Shown piece after piece: positions 23,867-42,421 of a stretch of DNA of 64,000 bases. Source of the DNA: the human T2T-CHM13v2.0 reference genome, Homo sapiens; NCBI RefSeq assembly GCF_009914755.1, contig NC_060928.1; one strand, given 5' to 3'. Under the pieces are notes generated by a model. It was not told the origin of the DNA. It did no database searches and was given only the letters and a program-made list of their open reading frames with translations. The position numbers were made by a program, and so were the translations under genes. Numbering within the stretch: the first letter of the stretch is position 1; each line of letters begins with the position of its first letter.

Positions 23867-26800
23867 TGGACATTGAGGTTGGCCCGCTGCTGTGAATAAA
23901 CTTGGAAGCAAGTTCTCCTTTGTTCTGGTGGAGCCCTCAGATGAGACTACCTCCTGGGTAATAGCTTGATGGTGTCTTCCTGAGAACTTGAACCAGAGGT
24001 ATCTGGCTAAGCTATGACAGCTTTCCTGACCCTTAGAATCTGGAAAGATAAGTGATTGCTGTTTTAAGCCGCTAAGTTTGAGGTTAATTTGTATAGCAGC
24101 AAAAGATAACCACATATCTATAGCAACAGGCAGCTGCTACTTGGCTCTGGTCAATGATTGCTGTGCAGGAATGACAGTGGTATTGGACAAGAAATAGCTG
24201 TACTTAAAAGCGGGAAATGCCATCTCTCATGTGACTCCTACTGTAGAGTAGGTGTCACATGTGGGTAGGTAGGTCTATCTTCAGGCATGTTTGACATCTG
24301 CAGCATTTTAACAAAGTAATTTTGTGTTCTAGTTCTACCTACCATAGAAGGTCAGGTGATTGAGAACAAGGCTGTATAGTCAGTAAACAGGAGTGCTGAA
24401 GTCATAGCCACATCTTCTTGCACTAGTGTTCCTTTGCTTACCAAACCCTTATTTTAGTCTATCAACAGGGTAAGTGTATCTGGACCACAGCAGAATGGCG
24501 GCCTGGATCAGCTAAGGAATATTGGCATTGGCTTTTGAAAATGAAATGATTTCAGGGTCAGGGGTCTGGGAGAGCTGGGAATACTACAGGAGCCTTCCAG
24601 GGTCAAATGGGAAGAATGGAGTGAGCAAAGACCAGGCATGCCAAGGTCTTGTTAGTTTCTACTGCCTGAGGTCACCCTGCTTAGTACCACCTGAGGGATC
24701 ATTCTGAGATGTGGAAATTCACCTGCTCCTCAGTACAGGGCGTTCTCTACTAATAGCCTTGAGTGAGGTTGCTCTGTCCAGTAAAATGTGAGCCATCTAT
24801 ATTTGAAGTACTAGTCTCACTAGTCTCACCTGATTCTTGTTTTTAATCTTAAAATTCCTGAGTTTGGTTAGATGTGTATTCAAGTCCCACCTACTCCAGT
24901 TGTAGCTCTGGTCCTACTCTAGGGTCTTCTGGCCTGGGTGGCAATTCCCTGCCCTCTGAAGGAACTGCCTCATGGGCTTGCTGAGGGATTAGATGATGAG
25001 TCACCCGTGCTTTCCTCAATTGCTAGCAGTTGAACTTGGTATGTGCATCTAAAGGAAAAAAAAATGCCCTCCCAGCGGACTAGTTTTTAAGTGGCTTAGA
25101 AGTTGTCTGGCTGAGTGGACAATTGGAGATTCTTGTGCCACCATGTGAAGCAATCTAGGCTGTTCAGTGTTCCAGAGTATGTTCCATAAGTGGGGGAAGG
25201 GGCTATATAAGCTGAGGCCATAGCCAGCATCAGAATAGAAACCCCAGCCAGAACTGGGGCAGCCATCCCAGATGGCATTCAATACTCAGAGTAGGAAGAC
25301 CCCAGGTAAGGGGAGGTTCTCAACTGTCCACCTCTCTCTGAGGGGAAGACTAAAGCTGGGCAGCCTACAAGGGTGAGTGGAGATGCTTGCCATGAAGTGA
25401 CAGTCAACCTCAGCCAGGGTCTATGCTGAACACATCCAGGGAGGTCTTATTCTTCCTGAATGTAGAATTCTCCAGCTGCTTGTCTTTGGCGTAGAATGGG
25501 CATGCGACTGACTGGTTGATGCTAGATGACCCAAAATAAGCCTTATTCACCACTTCACATTGGAGATTTTGAATAGGACCTGATTCAGAGTTGAAAGCTC
25601 TTGGTGGACTGTCCTGGAGTAGATCTGCCCCCACACCTCATGTTCCTCCCTCTCCATGTCAGATACATTAAATGAGTGTTATACACTTGAGTGTCTATCA
25701 TGTGACAGAAGCTGAGATTCTGGTTACTGCTGACTCACATCTTATTCCTGAAGACTTTACAGAAGACCTAACAAATCTCCAGGACACTTGTTCCCTTTCT
25801 GTGGAAAAGGCTGCTAGACCTTGTAGCAACAGGCCAGGATGGTGTGGGACCAATAGAGTAGGAGCAGAAGCATAGAAGTACTGAAGTGCTTTCCTCTTGA
25901 ATATTCCCTTGTGGTCTCTACTCAGGGAGGCTTAGGATCTTCTGAGTTCCCATGTCCTGGTTATGGGTCCATCTGAGGAAAAGATGAGTTTCCTCCCTGA
26001 GTGAAGGGCACCGCTTGACTTGGAATGTTGGCTTTTCCTTCAGAGTGTATCCTCTAGTTTCCTCTAAGACACAGATTAGAGCTAAACATTGGGATAGTTG
26101 GGGGTGGTATGAATTGGACTAGAACCAACTAATAGTGAGTCCATGGGGGGGATTCTGTGTGCTAGATAAGAGATTGAAGAAAATTGTAGGGTGGTTAACT
26201 CTTCACCTCCCAAACCTCACAAATGCAAATGCTGTCCCACCCTGGAGCTTCCCTAGATGACTGTCCCCCATGCCTCTTGCCTTTGGTGCTCCTTTACTGC
26301 AATCAGTGGCCCATTTTCTGTGGCTACCGACCAGTATGGGCATTTGAAGATGTGGTTGACATATATTTTTATCCTACATTAATCAATGGTTGAAGCTCCT
26401 TGCTGGATTCTAGATCTTGGCTTAAATGTGCCTGCCCCAAAGTGCCTGTACTTCACTCATGCCTGACCTCCCTATGTGCATTCCCCATTCAGTCTCAGTC
26501 ACAATCTGTGAACAATGAGGACAGATCAACTATCTCCAGGCCATTTTGATTCTAATGTGAAGCGCCACATTTGAAACAGACTTCATTTGCTGAGCTGACA
26601 GGAAGCTGAGCACTAGATAACATCTTTGGTACTGCTAAGGATTTTTGACAGTATCTTGTATCCAATGGGATGCTATTGAGAACTGCAAGTGTGGGGATGT
26701 GTAAAACCTAATTGTTCTGTGACACAAGAACACCTTTGGGTGCCATCATTTTTCCACAGAAGGGTCTGGGACCCTGTCTCAACCTGTTGAAAGGGTAGGA

Positions 26801-29800
26801 GGTTCTAAAATGAGTCAAGTGAGTCCATTATGCTGATGCTGCTCATCAGGTGTTGGCTATTCCCACCATCTTAGCACAGGCTCCAAAGACATATTCTCAG
26901 TAGGTATGGAGACACCTACTGAGTGAAGGAGATACATCTGAGAACAAGTAGGTCTGTGTGCCTCTTTGATAGAGGACATGATGTTCCTTCTGGTTCTCCT
27001 TCACTTTGACCTGCAAGCTCCTCTTTGGTCTACATAAGCTGCATATCTTCTTCTAGTTCTGGTTTGACTACAACTTCAGGTACTGTTAGACATAGCATTT
27101 TCTATCACTTGTGTTTAGATATCAAATCATAGAACTTGAGGCTACATGGTCAGATTCCTCCCCTGTAGCCTGAACATGGTGTTTCCTTAACTTTTTGTCT
27201 TTAACATTCATGTCCTTTTGAATTCAAAGTGGTTTTTCTCCTTCATATTTGCCTCTAATGAGTATTGGTGTTCAATGACTGTTCCTCTGTTTGGTGGAGC
27301 TGCAATGCTCTTCTGGGAGCAGGGATAGCCAAATCAGCGCAGTGATCTACTTGGGTCCCAGAACTTAACTTGCAGCATTGCTGGTACCTGGTAAAGAACT
27401 GGCAGGAAGAGTTGTGCTTAGTTGGTTGAATTTTCAGGGCATGAAGTAATTGTCAAGTGGAACTGAAGAGGATCATGTTAATCTCCCTGAAAGGGTTCCA
27501 TCTGATTGGTATGAGGTTCTATTGGAGACCAGTCTTTTCCCCTCTTTTCCCCCAGGGCAAGGAGCCTAGTCTGTAACTACTGAAGTCTAGCACTGGAGGA
27601 TCATCGAGGTATTGTCAGGTTGTTTGCGTGACCAGTATCAGTGAGATAGGTAGTTAGTGTTATGTATCCATTAAGTAGTTGGTGTTACATATCCATTCTC
27701 TTTGGGATGTTCCTTTGCTTGAATAGACATCAAAATCCTGACTTAGTCATTCAATGACTAATGGTTTAAGGTAGTAAGTAGTCCATGGGTGGTTTTGTTC
27801 AGGTCAGCTGTGGATTTGGGATCCCTTTCTTTGATCGAGTCTCCCAAAGGCATTTGAGTTGTGAAAGATGGCTCACTATGACACCATCTGTGCCAACAAG
27901 CAGAAGTAGAAACAAAAGGTGGCCAGCCTGAAGCTGCCTTTCTAAAGGCATGAACTGGAATTTTCCCACAAGTTCTGCTCACATACATTGTCCAGGATAG
28001 TCATGTGGTCACAAGTATGAGTAAGAGGCTTGTCTTGTTTTTAGCTTGGGGAGCTGTATGGCTACCTAACAGGAGACTCTGACCAAAACAGAGGAAAGCA
28101 AGGATTTGGGGTAACTAGTCTGTTACACCACCCGGTATAGAAGAGAACTCTTCAGATTTAGTACCAAACTCAACTAGTAATGATATGCTAGCTCACCTGA
28201 TCAGGTTTCCTCTGCTTCTCCCACTGTCTAGGCTGGTGGTGTCTAACTTTTGAGGTTGGCTACCTGGCTAAAACTTCAGTCTGGCTTTGAATGTAGTGGT
28301 TAGACATTGGCCACTGGCAGGTTCAGGTGGAGTTCTGGTATTCTAAGGAAGCTCATGTGAAACCATCATTAAGAACCCATCACATTGTTGTTTGTGCAAG
28401 TCCTGGCCCCTGATGCTGGTGTCTTCAGTACCTCACCAGAATCTAGGTAAAGCTGTAGCATGTCATCCAGCTGTGTGGCCTGGGAAAGATGTAGTAGGAA
28501 AGATGCCTGTATTCTTGGGCTACAGAGATGTAAAAATAGGTATTGGGTGTGAGGTTACCCAAGCTTCTCTGGTGAGGGGCTGTATTAGGTTGGCACAAAA
28601 GTAATTGCGGTTTTGAACTGTGAATTTTAAATCATTATAACTAGGCTCAAACACATCTTTATTAATCAAAGTAGGAACCATTACAATCAACAGATTTTTG
28701 CCAATGAGAAATAAGTTGATTCTTGTAACAAAAATCCATGCTTTGGGATTTGAACTCTTGGAGAGCATTTTCTTCATCTTGCTTGTTGTAGAAGCATTTT
28801 CCCTGCAAAAATTGGCAACTGACTACCGGTTCAAGCATTTTGGCAAGAGGTCAGGTGAATGTGGCAGATGAGGCGCAACTTCATAGCCTAATTCATTCAA
28901 CTTTTGAAGCATTGGTTGTGTGATGTGCAGTCAGGCATTGTCCTGGAGAACTGTACCCTTTCTGCTAAACAATATTAACTGCAGGCCTTAGGGTTTTTGT
29001 TGCAACTTATTGATATGCTGAGCATACTTCTCAGATGTAATGGTTTCACCAGGATTCAGAAAGCTACAGTGGATCAGACTGGCAGCAGACCACCAAACGG
29101 TGACCATGACCCTTTTTTTGGTAAAAATATGGCTTTGGGAAGTGCTTTGGAGGTGCTACTTGGTCCAACCACTGAGCTGGTCATCGCCAGTTGTCATATA
29201 AAATTCACTTTTCATCACATGTCACAATCTGATCAAGAAGTGGTTCTTTGTTTTTGCATAGAATAAGATGACACTTAAACGATGATTTTAAAAACTTTCA
29301 CTCAGCTCATGAAGCACCCACTTACCAAGGTTTTCCACCTTTTCCAGTTGCTTCAAATGACTGTAGAATGGTCAACATTGAGTTATTCGTCAACTTCTTG
29401 TATAGTTGTAAGAGGATCAGCTTTGATCAGCTTCAATGATTGCTCTCAATTGGTTGTTGTCAACTTCCAATAGCTGGCCACTATCTCATCTTCAAGGCTC
29501 TTGTCTCCTTTGCAACGCTTCTTGAACCACCACTGTACCGTATGTTAGCAGTTCCTGGGCCAAATGCATTCTTGCAAGTTGTCTCTGCTGCTTTATGACC
29601 CATTTTGAACTTCAATGAGAAAATCACTCATTTGCTTTTTGTCTAACGTTTCCATAGTCTAAAATAAACAAGTAATATGTCATTAGCAAAACCATAGTGA
29701 GAAAAGCCCATTAAAAATGACATATAACATAGCCACATTTTAGAGTGTATTCCAATATCAAATGGCAAATTCCAACAATGCAAAAACCACAATTACTTTT

Positions 29801-32225
29801 GTACTCACCTAGTAGCAGAAAGTAACTCTTATTTCCTGCTGTGGGTTTTCTGGTAGGCCTGTAGTCCCTGAGGGTAGGCTTGGTACCTGCATGCATGATC
29901 CTTAGGCAATATTGTTATGTGGACATGGAGCTTCTGATGCTTGAGTTGTGTGGGGTTAGTGGAAGCAAGATACAGGTAACAGCTTTAACAGCTCAAATGG
30001 TTTTTTGTGATCTGGGGCTTTCTAGATAAGCATTTTAAAGCTGATCTAAGAGGGTAGAAGAGGGGGAATATGGTGAGCCTACTTCCCAGCACCCCTGAAT
30101 CCATTAACTTTGGTCAGTAGGTAGCTGTGGCAATTGTGGTTTCTTTGCTTTGAAGAATGTCATGAGTGTAGGACTGTATAGGCCCTAGAAGATGTAGGGT
30201 CCTACTCCTTGAACTTTTCATATTAGGCTTAGGCCTCCTTGCATATTACATTTCAACCATATGGTATTCATTGTTAGTTGGCCCACCCCAGTATTCTTAC
30301 CCAATCACTATTGCCTGTCTTCAAAGAGGCTGTGAAAGCTGAACACAGGTTCCATCTAACCTCAATAGGAGGGTGAGAGCATAAGAGCTAATGTGACATA
30401 AACATCTCTACTGAAGGGCTTCTGGAAAGATTTCCTCTATAACTGGAGCCACATATCTAATTATTCCTGAAATGTCCATGTGACATTTGTGGGTCAGCAG
30501 ACATCTTTGGCCTTAGGTACAAGCATGTTGACAGTCAACATTCTAGAGACTAGGATAGAAAGGACCTGGGTCCCTGATGACATCACTGAGCCACAGGACT
30601 CAGAAATGACTTACCACCTGAATTGCTATATGTGGAAAATGACCCACAATTTACTTCAGCCCAAACTGGTATCCTGTATAAAAACAACTGAATTAACTGA
30701 AAAATCACTCTGAAACAGACTCAATTCTTAAACCTCTGCTTACTTTCATCTACCAAAAATGTTTCTTATAAAGCCTACAAGGGCAAAAGGAGGAACAGGA
30801 TTAAGTTCCTAGCTTTAATGCCATTAAGAAAGCTGCTCTCCTGGCTAAACTTAAATATGAAAGGCAAGTGAGCAGCATAACCTAATATGCCTACATCTTA
30901 AAGCAGACAAACATGTTAACTTTATTTCTCTATTAAAACAACCTCAACTTGTGAGCCCAGTTAAATTCAGTTAGGTACTTGAGTTCCTGGGTTAACACTT
31001 ACTTTTCTGATATGCTCAGTCAGCTCAGATTTCACTCCTGCTTAGTTTGAATTCTCTAGAAAGGAGACTCAGACAAGAATTAGGGTACAAGTAACTTATT
31101 GCAGGTGATTCTAAGAATAATGAGAGAGGGAATGTAGGTAATCCAATGAAAGTGTTAGTGAGCAGGTAAGCCTGGTGAGCAACTGGGGCTAATTCTGCTG
31201 AGGATTCCCTGGGACAATCCTGAGGACTGGTCTATGTGGACTCCTGGGGTGAGCCGCTCACTCCTGCTCCTCACTGGCTGAGGACTCTTCCTGGGGATGA
31301 ACTATTAGCATTCTTGGCCTGCTCTGTATGTAGGCAAGCATGTTCCTGTGGCAGGAGAACATGGGCAGAGACAGAGCCATAGAACACACCATGTGGACGT
31401 GTCTGCATGGGAACTCGGGGTGGCCTCATCAAATATGCAAGAGGAGCTGAGTGATTCTACCTGACTCACCTAGATCCACATGTATCCCCATACTGAGTTC
31501 ACTATGTCTTATCTTGATGGGTCACCATCTTGAAGAATTGCCCATTACAAAGAATCTTCTGAAGCTTCTTCCTATGTGTTTGACTTTCCTTCTCAAGTCA
31601 TAAAATCTCAGCGTTAGTAATATATAAGATTTGGCTACCTGGTCTACCTGTGCAGGGGTACTGTGCTGTTTTTGTCATTTATACTTCCTGGGCATGTGCT
31701 CATGACTTTTTTGCAGAGGGGATGGGGCAAGGCGGAACAGTCAGAAAAACCTCTCTAGGAAGAGTGAATAGACGTTCTGGAGAAAAGGGTTCTACTAAAG
31801 ACCTTCTGTGCTTGGCCTCCATTTCAAGCAGATCCTTGGGTGGATGGAGGTGAACCTTGGGAAACTCATCAGGGCATGGTCTTGGGCTCTGTACCTGTGA
31901 AAGGAAAGGAAGCAGGACCGGGCAGAGGGAGGAGCTGAGATTTGATGCAGCCTCCACGGAAGCCATGGCCAACACTGTGAGGGAGCTGTGAAGCCAAGTT
32001 GACCTTTAGAGCTGACCTGAGTTGGGATAAGAGGTCTGCGGTTTTATACTCAGGCTGACAAGAACTGTATGGCAGCCACCCAGTAAGGGATGTGGCCTTG
32101 GGTGAGATTCTCTTCAGCTGAGCTTAGCCTAGGAGGGGCTAACAGACTCCTGGGGCATCCAGTAGCTGAGAACAAGTCCTTTGTGCCTGAAAGGGGAAAT
32201 GGGTGCTGCCTCTTGGCATCCACCA
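23710..32225 (+). repeat. Ancient duplication block, copy 2 (paralogue of 523-11390)
   Basis: Collinear with copy 1 at roughly 75-80% identity by eye. Lacks the MER11 and the 8.13-10.69 kb segment, and carries an Hsmar1. Confidence 0.95.
28585..29812 (-). mobile_element. Hsmar1 mariner transposon, near full length, transposase pseudogenised
   Basis: TIRs TTAGGTTGGCACAAAAGTAATTGCGGTTTT and AAAACCACAATTACTTTTGTACTCACCTAG, TA on both sides (28583-84, 29813-14). Minus strand from about 29654 reads ATGGAAACGTTAGACAAAAAGCAAAT..TTCAAAATGGGTCATAAAGCAGCAGAGACAAC, the Hsmar1 transposase start, with frameshifts. Confidence 0.95.
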
Positions 32226-32599
32226 TGGCAATACTTCCTACGCAGCAGTATAAAATAACAAAATCACTCCCAAACAGTGACCAACCTCATATGCTGTTAC
32301 AATGTTCCTTTATCATGCCTCAAAAGAGCAAGCAGGACACATCAGAACAGCTATAGTATAAATTTCAATATATTCTTGTGTTTTGAAGTAGTCAGCTCTG
32401 ATTTGAACATTCTGCAATTCCGGCTGAGTTGCAAAGTGAAGAGGCCCGTGGGCTGAGGATCTTTCAGAGGGAGTACTGAGGCTGTAGACTGTTCTTTCCT
32501 GTCATTGTCTCCTGGCATTAACACCATTTCTAAATGAGATGTGGACATTTGACTGTCTAGAAGGATGCTGTCCAGTGTATTCCAAAGAATGGGCTCATT

Positions 32600-35500
32600 A
32601 GAGCAAGATTCTGAATCCTGCACGTTTACAACAGTTTCTAGTCTGATTCTTGAAGTTCCATTCTGGTAGATCTTTGGGTCATGTTTCCCTTGAGAGTGAT
32701 TGGTGTTGCTTCATTGTCTCCCAGTGGTGGTGTGTTGAAGTTGATTAGAGTTGATTTGGTTTCTTAAATTGTCACTGAACTTTCCCTAATTTGAAGTCTA
32801 GTATATTTGTTTGGCCATTATGAAAAGGCAGGAATATGGTGTTTCTGATGCTGACTGAATAATTGCCACGTTGGGTCTGCCCAAATGGTGAGAACCATGG
32901 CAGGCAGGAGATGGATAGAAGAAACAAGGTGAATATAACAGTAAGTGGGAAAAATCAAAATGTGTTTTCTTCTGCTAATTAGAACACCACTTGCTTGGCC
33001 CCTCAAACCACATCAGATCAGGTGCCAAAGAGTGAACCCTATAGAAGGAATGTAAAGAATTAGAGGCAATAATTAGATCTTATATGTACTTTACATGTAA
33101 GAATCTAAACAAATTTGGACAGAACATTGTTTGTTATAACATGATAAAATTAATTATTCTCTCATCGGGATCTGAGAGAAAGATCAGGTATTGTGGGAAA
33201 AGCCAAGGACCCCTGTTCTCCAGGTACGTCAACGTAGTGTAAGAAGTTTGTGACAGTCTTGCATGAGATGAGGCCGTTCCTTCACTGAAGCAGGTTAAAG
33301 AATCATGGCCATCACCACCATGAAGAATGGGGTTAGGACATCTGCCTACTTGGTGGTCAGGGAGAAGTTCTCCTTCCTTGGTCTAAGTGGATGAGAGGAA
33401 CTGAGTGCAGCTGTACCCTTGGCCCTCAGGGTACAGAGCATATTCCTAGTGAACAGATTGGAGCATGGAGGTGGATTCATTGACTACGACCTATTTCTGA
33501 TTTCTGGTTCCCCTTACTTCCACCTGAGCTGCTGCTAACCCTTGTATTTAGTCCTGTCCATTATCTTGACTATCAAGGATCTTTGGGTAGACATGGATCT
33601 ACCAGTTTTGGAGCAGGAAATAAAATGCAGTTGTTGGAGGCTTCATCACTTTGATCTCATGTCTACTCAACCTGATTTGAGCCTGTAATCTCATTTCTTT
33701 GCACCCAATTGTTGGCTCCTGGACTAAGTCTGCTTAGATTGTATTTGGCATAAGGCAGAGACTTGCTGAGAATTAAATTGTGTGAAGCTCTATCAGAGGC
33801 ACATGCCTTTACATGGAAGCTAGGGGGAATATAAGGGTCTTGCTGGGTTCAAAGGCCTTTAACCTGGGTTGAAGTGGGAGGAATTAGTCCTTGGGTTGGG
33901 CTGGGTCCTATGAGAAGTAAATGTTAAGGCAGGATTGGACATGTAGAAACTTACCGGAGAAGATGTTTGTGAGAAAAGGGAAATGCAAGAGAGCCTTTAT
34001 TCTCCAAAGTAGAGAAGGAAGTCAGGTCAATATTATGCCTCAAATTACAGTGAAGTTATACAAGAGTTTGGGGTAGGCCAAAAGAAGTGGTTGAATCAAA
34101 GATGTTTGAGAGGGGTCTCACATCCTGCAGAAATAGATTGGCCTTAGTATGCTTCCCATGGCATGTTACCTGGCCTGTCAGTCAATGATACTCCCCTTTA
34201 TAGGTGTCTAAGTAGACCTTTCTCTGGTCATTAGAGCTCTTGGGAAAAGCCTATGATTTGGGTGCAGATCTGAGGAACACCCAAAGATGGTTTTAGAACC
34301 TACTTATGTCTTAGGTAGGGCATGGATTTTCATATTGCTAGTCTAGATTCCACAGGGTGAAGGTAGTCAGCTGCTGAAATGGCTTCTGATCTCACTAGCA
34401 CTCAGCATTGGGAAGTCTTACTGACTACCAAAATGCCTGAGCTGTGTTGCAGGTTTCAGCTCAGCAAGTCTTTTGTAAAACCTGGTCAACTGACCTAATA
34501 CATGGTTGGGAAACTGACTGGAGAGGCAATGGAATCTTTTTTTCCTGAAGGTTTTGCAGAATCTATTAAGGTTGCTCCTCTAATGTGGACAGTGAGAGGA
34601 AAGAGTACCCTTGGATACTTCAATATGTCCACAAGCTGCTTGGCTCCCTAAGGAGCTGTTTAAGTATCACCCGTGTTGTAGTCTCAGATCAGAAAGCTGA
34701 AGGTTAAAATTTGAGTAGGAAAATCAATGCCATGAGGCTAGTTATTTCCTGGAATTTCTTGCACTTTTTTTTTTTAAACCAGGCATGCTGTGTTGCTAAG
34801 TCTCAAGGGTGGGTGGTAATATTGAAAGTTAGACTTGAGATTATCTAGTGAGAACTCCTCAATGATCAAGGTGGCATAAAATCAGATGGCTAATGACTCT
34901 ATTCTGGGCTTGAATCTTATGGGAGACACTTGTAGATGCTTCAACATTTATCCCCATATTAGCCAACGGTACCCCAGTCTCTTCTGGAGAGGTCATCTAT
35001 TCCTCATCTGCCTCTATTTTTGGTCATGCTCAGGCATAGGTCTGACCCCAGCTTATTAGGGTATCCCATTTCCCTACCCACAAACCCATGACTGCAGAGA
35101 CTCAGGCCCTTCTTCCTCAGTAGAAACTCAAGAGCAGTGCTAGTGATATGAAATGCCATTCATCTGGAGTTGCTGGAGTAGATGTTGCATCACCAACTGA
35201 TCCTCACCCTTTCCTTCCTCCAACATCCATGCCTTTGACCTTTAGCTATTACCTGAGCTGAGCGTTGGTGCATACCTGGTACCATGACCCAACCCTTTAT
35301 CCTAAAATACTCAAACCACTAGTAAAAATACTCAGCAGCCCTAGCTTAAAGAGCATGTCTGAATTACAATGGGGCAATGAAGTGTAAGGAGATATCCAAT
35401 GATATCACTTAGATTCCATTTATAGTTTTACCTGCTCCCATGAAGCAAAATTACCCCAGCTTCCTCCTGCTGATCAGTTATCCCTATAGCAAGGATGACT

Positions 35501-36312
35501 CAAAGCAACCCAGTGGATCAGGTGATGGAAAAAGGGACCAATGTTGCTTATATCTCATGGTTCTAGGGCCCACATAGTCTTTTTTCGGGGGATACGGTAC
35601 CACACATAAATGACTCTGTAGATACTAGATCAAGGAGGGCAGCTCAAACTTTCAGAATACCTACTTGGATGGTTCTACTATACTCCCTGAAGGTCATCTC
35701 AAAGTTCTTCAAGGCAGCTTCTGAATGCTATCATGTAAGACAACTAGTGGACCCCAAATCATAGGGCCCTTCAGTACTTCTTTTCCTGTGATATGAATCC
35801 ACTGGTCAGATGCCTTGCTGTGTGGAACTACCTATCTGGGTGGAACGTGGCAGAGGCCCCCAGACAGTGATAGGAGTTGAAGTTCTGCCAGCAGGAAAGA
35901 AATCCCTAAGATCAGATATCTAAGTCTGTAAGATCAAGATCCTGCCTCTTCTGGTATAGAAGGAGCTTAATGTAATCAAATCACTACTAAATGGCATTTG
36001 ATCTCCTTAAATAGTGCTCCACTAGGTGGGGGGGTTGGGCGGGCATGGTGGCTCAGCTTGGTCTATGGTAGATGGGCTGGGCATTTAGAGACAACAGTAG
36101 TTAGATTGTTTTAGGAAACTGACAGTCCATGTTGTTGCACCCCCATGTAGCCTCTCAGTCAGCCACTGTGGTCACTGTAGTCATCTGCCTATTGGCTGAC
36201 GAAGCTTGGCTGTCAAGTGGCAGACCCATTTTTTCCAGTTTGAATGTTGCTGCTTTGTAGTAGGTCTTTAGATAGATGAACATCTGTGTCACACATGTGC
36301 CTTTTTATAGAC
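32600..36312 (+). repeat. Older duplication block, copy 2 (paralogue of 11.9-14.2 kb, 16.2-16.8 kb and 54.2-55.15 kb)
   Basis: Shared motifs listed for 11880-16760, plus CAGTAG.TAGATTGT...AGAAACTG.CA.TCCATG.TGTTG (about 36095 vs 54910). Confidence 0.8.
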
Positions 36313-42418
<6,106 letters not shown>

Positions 42419-42421
42419 TGT

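Noticed and set aside
28640-29654. SETMAR gene
   Set aside because: Free Hsmar1 copy with both TIRs and TA TSD, a broken transposase frame, and no SET-domain exons.
36025-36043. G-quadruplex-like GGTGGGGGGGTTGGGCGGG
   Set aside because: Single instance, not seen in the paralogue near 54850; a common motif.
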